From an uncultured Acidobacteriota bacterium (GTDB lineage: Bacteria > Acidobacteriota > Thermoanaerobaculia > Multivoradales > JAHEKO01), in contig CAVQNG010000034.1 of the NCBI GenBank assembly GCA_963713825.1, positions 1-64,000 on the forward strand: a stretch of DNA of 64,000 nucleotides. Reading direction: 5' to 3'. The notes under the pieces were generated by a model. The model worked only from the letters and a program-made list of their open reading frames with translations. It made no database searches and had not been told where the DNA came from. Shown piece after piece: positions 57,596 through 64,000 of this stretch (position 1 is the stretch's first letter; the number at the start of each line of letters is the position of its first letter). A program made the position numbers and the translations under genes.

Positions 57596-58519
57596 GTGCA
57601 AAGCTTTCAAGAGTTGATTCTTCGTCTTCAGACCTTCTGGGCTGAGCGGGGATGCGTCGTGCAGCAGCCGTACGACCTGGAGGTCGGAGCGGGCACCATG
57701 CATCCAGACACATTCCTGCGGGTCCTGGGACCCGAGCCGTGGAATGTCGCCTACGTCCAGCCCTCCAGACGCCCGGCCGACGCCCGCTACGGAGAGAACC
57801 CTTTTCGGCTCGGCAAGCACTACCAGCTCCAGGTGGTCCTGAAGCCCTCCCCGAAAGACGTACAGGCTGTATACATCGACAGTCTTCGGGCACTGGGTGT
57901 CGATCTCGAGGTTCACGACCTGCGGTTCGAGGAGGACAACTGGGAGGCTCCAACCCTGGGCGCCTGGGGAGTCGGCTGGCAGGTCATGCTGGACGGCATG
58001 GAGATCACCCAATTTACCTACTTCCAGCAGGCCGGTGGAATCGAGTTGAAGCCCATCAGCGCCGAGATCACCTATGGCCTCGAGCGGATCACCATGTTTC
58101 TGGGCTTGTCGCGAAGTGTCTACGATGTCGAGTGGGTGCCGGGCGGCGTGAGCTACGGCCTCGTTCGCCATCAGGACGAAGTGGAGTTTTCGAAGTACTA
58201 CTTTGAAGTAGCCGACGTGGAGTTCTTGAAGATCAGGTTCGACGGCAACGAGAAGGAGGCCGAGCGCTGCCTGGAGGCTGGTCTGGTGTTACCGGCCTAT
58301 GAATGTGCCCTGAAATGCTCGCACCTGTTCAACGTTATGGACGCGAGAGGCGCAGTCTCGGTCACCGAGAGGGTGGCCTTGATCAAGCGGGTTCGCAACC
58401 TGGCGGTGGCCTGCGCGCACGAGTATGTGGCCAGTCGCGAAAGGCTCGGCTATCCATTGTTGGCAAAGGACAGGGGCTCAGCTGGCGTCAAGGAGGAGGT
58501 GCACGATGGCCGGGAGTGA
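57596..58519 (+). CDS. glyQ: Glycine-tRNA ligase alpha subunit
   Basis: [34 protein letters not shown]. Confidence 0.97.
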   Translation: MQSFQELILRLQTFWAERGCVVQQPYDLEVGAGTMHPDTFLRVLGPEPWNVAYVQPSRRPADARYGENPFRLGKHYQLQVVLKPSPKDVQAVYIDSLRALGVDLEVHDLRFEEDNWEAPTLGAWGVGWQVMLDGMEITQFTYFQQAGGIELKPISAEITYGLERITMFLGLSRSVYDVEWVPGGVSYGLVRHQDEVEFSKYYFEVADVEFLKIRFDGNEKEAERCLEAGLVLPAYECALKCSHLFNVMDARGAVSVTERVALIKRVRNLAVACAHEYVASRERLGYPLLAKDRGSAGVKEEVHDGRE

Positions 58520-60620
58520 GTTCCTCCTCGAAGTGCGCTGTGAAGAGATTCCGGCCAGAATGCTGCAACCGGCGATGCGGGAACTGGCGACGCGGCTCTT
58601 CGAAGAGCTCATGGCCTTGAACCTGGCACCCGCAGAAATGGAGACCGGCTTCACGCCCCGGCGACTGATTCTCATGCTCAAGGGCCTACCCTCGAGAGAG
58701 AACGATCGCGACGAGGAGCTTGTCGGACCGCCTGTCAAAGCCGCGTTCGACAACGAGGGTCTCCCGACCCGTGCTGCCGAAGGATTCGCACGAAAATGCG
58801 GTGTAGAGGTCGAAGCCTTGCAACGAAAAGAGACCGACAAGGGAGAGTACCTGGCCGCTACCCGTAGCATCGTGGGTCGGCCGGTGTCCGAAGTCTTGTC
58901 TGAGCTGGTGCCACCCCTTGTCGAGGGACTCGGCTGGGCCAAGACCATGCGCTGGGGCGTTGGCGAAGGGCCCTGGGTGCGACCGATTCACGGTGTCGTG
59001 GCGCTCTGCGATGGCGAAGTCGTGCCGTGCAGCGTCTTCGACGTTACGTCTGGTTCCGAAACTTCGGGTCACGCGGTTCTTTCACCACGGCCGTTTACGA
59101 TTCGTAGCGTCGCCGACTACCGCCGAAAGATGGCCCGGCGACAAATCGTCATTCGGTTCGAAGAGCGTCGTCAGGATCTCCAGCGGCAACTCGATGCTGC
59201 TGCAAAGAGTCTGGGCGGCGAGTTGGTGGCAGATCCGGAGTTGTTGGATCGGCTGACGGCGATTTGCGAGATTCCAGGCACGGTAGTGGGCAGATTCGAG
59301 CCAGCCTTTCTGTCCTTGCCACGTGAGGTGCTGATCACCAGCTTGCGGGACCATCAGAGCGCTTTCACCCTGGAGTCCGGAGGCATGCTGCTACCGAACT
59401 TCATCACGGTGATGGACCGTCCCGACGACCCAAAGGGTCGGGTCAAGGCAGGCAATGAATGGGTCGTGGCGGCTCGCCTCGAGGACGCACGGTTCTTTTT
59501 CAAGGAAGACGGCAAGACGGGCCTCGAGAAGCGTAGAGAGAAACTGGATCACCTCACATTTCACGCCAAGCTCGGTAGTTACGCCGACAAGACGAAGCGA
59601 ACTACCGAGCTGACCAAGGAAATCTGTCAGTCCCTGGAGTGGGATGGCGATCTCGAGGATGCAATCCAGGCGGCGCAGCTGCTGAAGGTCGATCTGACCT
59701 CGGAGATGGTCAAGGAGTTCACTTCCCTTCAGGGCCTCGTCGGGGGTCTGTACGCCGAGCGTGAGGAGTATCCGGTCGACGTGTGGCAGGCGATCTACGA
59801 TCAATACCTGCCGGCTTCCACCGAGGACGCGATCCCACGGGGGAAAGTAGGGCAGGCGACGGCTCTCGCAGACCGCATCGACACCCTGGTGGGAATGTTC
59901 GGACTCGGCCTCATCCCGAGTGGCAGTCGAGATCCGTTCGGGCTGCGCAGAGCGGGGCAAGGAGTGGTTCGAATCCTCCTGGAAGGGGATTTGCCACTGG
60001 ATCTGGATCTGATTGCGGCCAGGAGCGTTTTGCTCTTCGGCGACATCCTGGAGCGCAGCGGCAAGGAGATCCTGTCCGATCTTCGCCTCTTCCTGCAGGA
60101 CCGGGTGCGCCACCTGCTGAGCCTCCGGGGCTATGCCTACGACACCATCGAAGCGGCGCTGGCCGCCGGTAGCTCGAATCTGCCAGACCTTCTGGCACGC
60201 GTCGATGCCGTCCACAAGGTGCGAGAGGAGAAGGACTTTCTCTCGGTGGTGTTGGCAGCCAAGCGCATTGCGAACATTCTTCGGGAGTCCCCGGATCAAG
60301 AGCTCGAGGAGTCTCGGCTAAAAGAGCCTGCCGAACGAGATCTTCATAGCGCCGCCGCATCCTTGCGCAACGATATCGATCAGGCAGAGAACGAAGGAGA
60401 CTATGAACAGGGTCTGCGAGCGATCGCGAAACTCTCAGAGCCGCTGGACAGGTTCTTCGTCGAAGTCCTGGTCATGGATGAGAATCGCGAGTTGAGGAAC
60501 AATCGGCTCGCGTTGCTGCAGAACATCCAGCGCATGATCTCGCGGACGGCGCTTTTGACCGAGGTCGTGGTAGACAAGAGTGAGCATCGTGAGCGCGGGG
60601 AATCCAAATCGTCCATCTAG
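58506..60620 (+). CDS. glyS: Glycine-tRNA ligase beta subunit
   Basis: [43 protein letters not shown]. Confidence 0.96.
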   Translation: MAGSEFLLEVRCEEIPARMLQPAMRELATRLFEELMALNLAPAEMETGFTPRRLILMLKGLPSRENDRDEELVGPPVKAAFDNEGLPTRAAEGFARKCGVEVEALQRKETDKGEYLAATRSIVGRPVSEVLSELVPPLVEGLGWAKTMRWGVGEGPWVRPIHGVVALCDGEVVPCSVFDVTSGSETSGHAVLSPRPFTIRSVADYRRKMARRQIVIRFEERRQDLQRQLDAAAKSLGGELVADPELLDRLTAICEIPGTVVGRFEPAFLSLPREVLITSLRDHQSAFTLESGGMLLPNFITVMDRPDDPKGRVKAGNEWVVAARLEDARFFFKEDGKTGLEKRREKLDHLTFHAKLGSYADKTKRTTELTKEICQSLEWDGDLEDAIQAAQLLKVDLTSEMVKEFTSLQGLVGGLYAEREEYPVDVWQAIYDQYLPASTEDAIPRGKVGQATALADRIDTLVGMFGLGLIPSGSRDPFGLRRAGQGVVRILLEGDLPLDLDLIAARSVLLFGDILERSGKEILSDLRLFLQDRVRHLLSLRGYAYDTIEAALAAGSSNLPDLLARVDAVHKVREEKDFLSVVLAAKRIANILRESPDQELEESRLKEPAERDLHSAAASLRNDIDQAENEGDYEQGLRAIAKLSEPLDRFFVEVLVMDENRELRNNRLALLQNIQRMISRTALLTEVVVDKSEHRERGESKSSI

Positions 60621-60669
60621 GGTCGCTGCAAAGGGCCCATGATCCGTGAACGGAAGTGAGAGGGAAATC

Positions 60670-63369
60670 ATGAGTGAGAAGTGGATCTATTTCTTCGGCG
60701 ACGGAAGTGCCGAAGGTCGTGGTGATCAAAAGCAGCTGTTGGGTGGAAAGGGCGCCGGCCTGGCCGAGATGAGTGGTCTTGGCATACCGGTTCCGCCGGG
60801 ATTCACGTTGACGACCGAAGCGTGCATTCACTACCACGCCAACGATAAGAACTATCCCGATGGCTTGGAGGAGCAGTTCGCCGCACAGCTGCATCGGTTG
60901 GAAGAGCTCCAGGGGCGGAAATTCGGGGACCCTCAGAATCCCCTTCTGCTGTCCGTCAGATCCGGCGGCCCCGTGTCCATGCCAGGGATGATGGATACGG
61001 TGCTGAACCTGGGCCTGAATCGCGACATCGTCGACGCTCAGGTTGCTGCCGGCGTCGACGCCCGGTTCATCCGTGATTGCTACCGACGTCTGCTGACGAT
61101 GTATGGAGATGTTGTACTCGGTGTTCCTCATGCCCGTTTCGAAGAAGTTCTGGCCGCAGTCCGGAAGGACGAAGGGGTCGAGACCGACTACGAGATATCG
61201 GCGGCTGGACTGGGAAGGATCGTCGAAGCCTTCGAGGCAATCATCGAGCGCAGTGGCAAGCCCTTTCCAAAGGAGCCGATCGACCAACTCTGGGGCGGTG
61301 TGCGCGCGGTGTTCGATAGCTGGAATGTCCAGCGAGCGCTTGACTACCGACGACTCCACGGGTTGCCGGAAGATTCAGGTACGGGCGTCAATGTACAGAC
61401 GATGGTGTTCGGAAATCTCGGTCCCGACTGTGCGACCGGTGTCGCTTTCACGCGAGATCCGGCAACCGGCGAGAACAGGATCTATGGTGAGTACCTGGTC
61501 AATGCTCAGGGGGAGGATGTGGTAGCTGGGACTCGGACTCCCCACGCCATCGCCCCACGCGACGGGTCGAGTGGCCTGGGTGACGACTTCCCCGAGGCCT
61601 TCGAGACCCTGGAGGGGGTCTGCGCCACCTTGGAGGACCATCGACGTGACATGCAGGACGTGGAGTTCACAATCGAGCACGGCAAGCTCTACATGCTGCA
61701 GACCCGGGATGGCAAGCGCACTGGGGCTGCGGCGGTCCGAGTTGCGGTGGAGATGGAGGAGGAAGGACGAATCAGTCTCCAGGAGGCCCTGTCGAGAGTC
61801 GTGCCGGAGCAATTGAACCAGCTTCTGGCCCCTGTTTTCGACCTCGAGGAGAAGCGGCTCGCTGTAACCGGTGACCGACTGCTGGCCAAGGGCCTCGCGG
61901 CCGGGCCTGGAGCGGCTTCGGGCCGCATCGCTCTATCGGCGGACCGAGCTGCTGAGATGGCGGAGTCCGGCCCGGTGCTCCTGGTGCGCGATGAGACTTC
62001 GCCCGAGGACATTGTCGGCATGCACGCGTCGGCTGGCATCCTTACCAGCCGTGGAGGCATGACCTCTCATGCGGCGGTGGTGGCGCGTGGCCTCGGTAAG
62101 CCCTGTATCGTCGGGGCCGGGGCGATCGCTGTCAACGAGGAGAAAGGTGAGCTTCGCGTCGACGGCAAGGTCTTCAAGGAGGGAGATCAGCTATCGATCG
62201 ATGGCACGACGGGTGAGGTGATTGCTGGGGAGCTGTCGCCCAGACCCTCCGAGGTGCTGCGCGTTCTCTTGGAGGGGCAGGAGGCCGAGTCACCGGTAGT
62301 CCATGCCTTTTCCGAGATCCTGAACTGGGCGGATGGCGAGCGGCGAATGAAGGTGCGGGCCAACGCTGACACGCCGCATGATGCGACAGTGGCGCGAGCT
62401 CTCGGTGCCGAAGGGATTGGACTGTGTCGGACCGAGCACATGTTCTTCGAAGAAGACCGGTTGCCCTGGGTTCGCCAGTTGATCCTGGCACAGGAGGAGG
62501 AGCAGAGGCAGGCGGCTCTGACCCATCTTCTGCCGGTGCAGCAGCAAGACTTCGTGGGCATTTTCGAAGCGATGGATGGGTTGCCGGTTACAGTCCGGTT
62601 ACTCGATCCGCCGCTGCATGAGTTCCTGCCCCGGGACGCGAAGGTGATCGAGCAGGTTGCCGACCAGATGGGCATCTCGGCCGACGAGGTGAAGGCGAAA
62701 TCGGAGGCGCTCAGCGAATTCAACCCCATGCTGGGTCATCGTGGATGTCGCCTCGGGCTGACTTCACCGGAGATCTACGACATGCAGGTGGAGGCCATCG
62801 TTCGCGCTGCCTGCACCTTGAGCGCGCAGGGTAGGGACCCACGGCCGGAGATCATGGTACCCCTTGTTGGTAGTGAAGAAGAGATGGCCCGATTGAGGGG
62901 TCGAATCGAAGCGGTGGTCAAACGGGTGAAGGAGGAGCTCAGCGCGGACATCGGCATACCCATTGGAACCATGATCGAGGTGCCCCGTGCTGCCCTCGTG
63001 GCGGATAGGATCGCCCTCTTCGCAGATTTCTTTTCCTTTGGAACCAATGATTTGACTCAGATGGCATATGGCTTTTCGCGCGACGACGCCAGCCGCTTTC
63101 TGCCGGACTATCTCGAATCGGGAATCCTGGCGACGGACCCGTTCGAACGGCTGGACGTCGAAGGTGTCGGGCAATTGGTCTCTATGGCCTGTGAGCGCGG
63201 GCGTCAAACCCGCAGTGATCTCAAGATCGGCATCTGCGGGGAGCACGGCGGCGAATCGCACTCCATCGACTTTTTCGAAACGTGTGCCCTCGACTACGTG
63301 TCGTGCTCACCCTATCGAGTTCCAATTGCCCGTCTCGCGGCAGCCCGCGCCACCATGAACAAGGCTTGA
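60670..63369 (+). CDS. ppdK: Pyruvate, phosphate dikinase
   Basis: LLGGKGA, SMPGMMDT, GGMTSHAAVVAR, GLCRTEHM, NPMLGHRG, GICGEHGG. Confidence 0.97.
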   Translation: MSEKWIYFFGDGSAEGRGDQKQLLGGKGAGLAEMSGLGIPVPPGFTLTTEACIHYHANDKNYPDGLEEQFAAQLHRLEELQGRKFGDPQNPLLLSVRSGGPVSMPGMMDTVLNLGLNRDIVDAQVAAGVDARFIRDCYRRLLTMYGDVVLGVPHARFEEVLAAVRKDEGVETDYEISAAGLGRIVEAFEAIIERSGKPFPKEPIDQLWGGVRAVFDSWNVQRALDYRRLHGLPEDSGTGVNVQTMVFGNLGPDCATGVAFTRDPATGENRIYGEYLVNAQGEDVVAGTRTPHAIAPRDGSSGLGDDFPEAFETLEGVCATLEDHRRDMQDVEFTIEHGKLYMLQTRDGKRTGAAAVRVAVEMEEEGRISLQEALSRVVPEQLNQLLAPVFDLEEKRLAVTGDRLLAKGLAAGPGAASGRIALSADRAAEMAESGPVLLVRDETSPEDIVGMHASAGILTSRGGMTSHAAVVARGLGKPCIVGAGAIAVNEEKGELRVDGKVFKEGDQLSIDGTTGEVIAGELSPRPSEVLRVLLEGQEAESPVVHAFSEILNWADGERRMKVRANADTPHDATVARALGAEGIGLCRTEHMFFEEDRLPWVRQLILAQEEEQRQAALTHLLPVQQQDFVGIFEAMDGLPVTVRLLDPPLHEFLPRDAKVIEQVADQMGISADEVKAKSEALSEFNPMLGHRGCRLGLTSPEIYDMQVEAIVRAACTLSAQGRDPRPEIMVPLVGSEEEMARLRGRIEAVVKRVKEELSADIGIPIGTMIEVPRAALVADRIALFADFFSFGTNDLTQMAYGFSRDDASRFLPDYLESGILATDPFERLDVEGVGQLVSMACERGRQTRSDLKIGICGEHGGESHSIDFFETCALDYVSCSPYRVPIARLAAARATMNKA

Positions 63370-63572
63370 GCGCGGAGCGTGAGGCAGCTGACTCGGAATA
63401 GCCTGAGAGTCGTCAAGGAGCCAAGTGCGACCTGGGTCGTGTGAACATGTAGTGACAAATTGCCAAAAACACGCCGTCTGGCAGGCGGCTGTGGTACAAC
63501 GACTTGAGAATGGGGCGGGCGCACTGGCTTCTTGGGGCGCCGGGTCCTGACCAAACGGAAGGAGTTTTGCCT

Positions 63573-64000
63573 ATGCAGCCCATACGAGTGGGCCTGGCGG
63601 GATTTGGGAGGATTGGCCGGAATCTGTTCCGCATCCTCTACAAAAACCCGGAGGTTCGAATTGGTGCCATCAGTGATACGGCAGACCATGCAGCTCTCGA
63701 GTACCTCATCCGGTTCGACACGATCTTCGGTCCCTTTCCGGAGGAGCTGAGCGTCAAGGAGGGCAACCTCTACGTCCATGGCCAACAGATTCCGATGTTC
63801 TCGGGTCAGCGGCCGGGTGATGTCCCCTGGGGCGATCTCGGGATCGACGTCGTCGTGGAAGCGACCGGGCAACAGCGGACTCGTGAGGAGTTGGAAGGGC
63901 ACCTGGAAGCCGGGGCCAAGGCAGTCATCCTCTGCGCTCCTCCCAAGGACCCACCCGACATCACGATCGTGATGGGCGTCAATGATCAGGATCTTCGATA
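63573..64000 (+). CDS. gap: Glyceraldehyde-3-phosphate dehydrogenase family (5' part, truncated by window end; not in ORF track)
   Basis: AAGGAG RBS; MQPIRVGLAGFGRIGRN...YLIRFDT..G.F...VPWGDLGIDVVVEATG...HLEAGAK. Confidence 0.88.
   Translation, partial: MQPIRVGLAGFGRIGRNLFRILYKNPEVRIGAISDTADHAALEYLIRFDTIFGPFPEELSVKEGNLYVHGQQIPMFSGQRPGDVPWGDLGIDVVVEATGQQRTREELEGHLEAGAKAVILCAPPKDPPDITIVMGVNDQDLR

Overview
GC-rich bacterial window, probably from Acidobacteriota (Thermoanaerobaculia-like). This is inferred from a 'FADGFESGD' C-terminal tail, an acidobacterial-type VWA protein and PilZ proteins, not from a database search. About 1-21 kb is a mosaic accessory region. It holds a giant cyclic beta-1,2-glucan synthase (two apparent +1 frameshifts near its 5' end), an RRM RNA-binding protein, a PAS-PAS-PP2C phosphatase, a 9-repeat Cys-rich secreted protein, a GGDEF protein, an XylR_N/V4R sigma-54 activator, pirin, CBS, and DUF1611 plus a PLP racemase. 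It also contains three related sigma-54 promoter cassettes, a decayed activator copy, and junction relics (GroEL-like tail, choice-of-anchor-Q tail, tRNA-3'-end-like motif). About 21-64 kb is mostly chromosomal backbone: ATP-grasp/LMW-PTP fusion, purine salvage (ade, NCS2 permease), VWA, PilZ, queE, a TonB-dependent receptor preceded by a 4-TM ORF ending in RPPP, an HcrCAB-like molybdoenzyme, phzF, tal, lon, mgtE-recO-glyQS-ppdK and a partial gap. The best candidates for undescribed systems are (i) a membrane 'RPPP' arrest-peptide-like leader controlling a heme-type TonB receptor and (ii) a sigma-54 regulon built from duplicated enhancer-IHF-promoter cassettes. No rRNA, intact tRNA, CRISPR array, integrase or transposase was seen.
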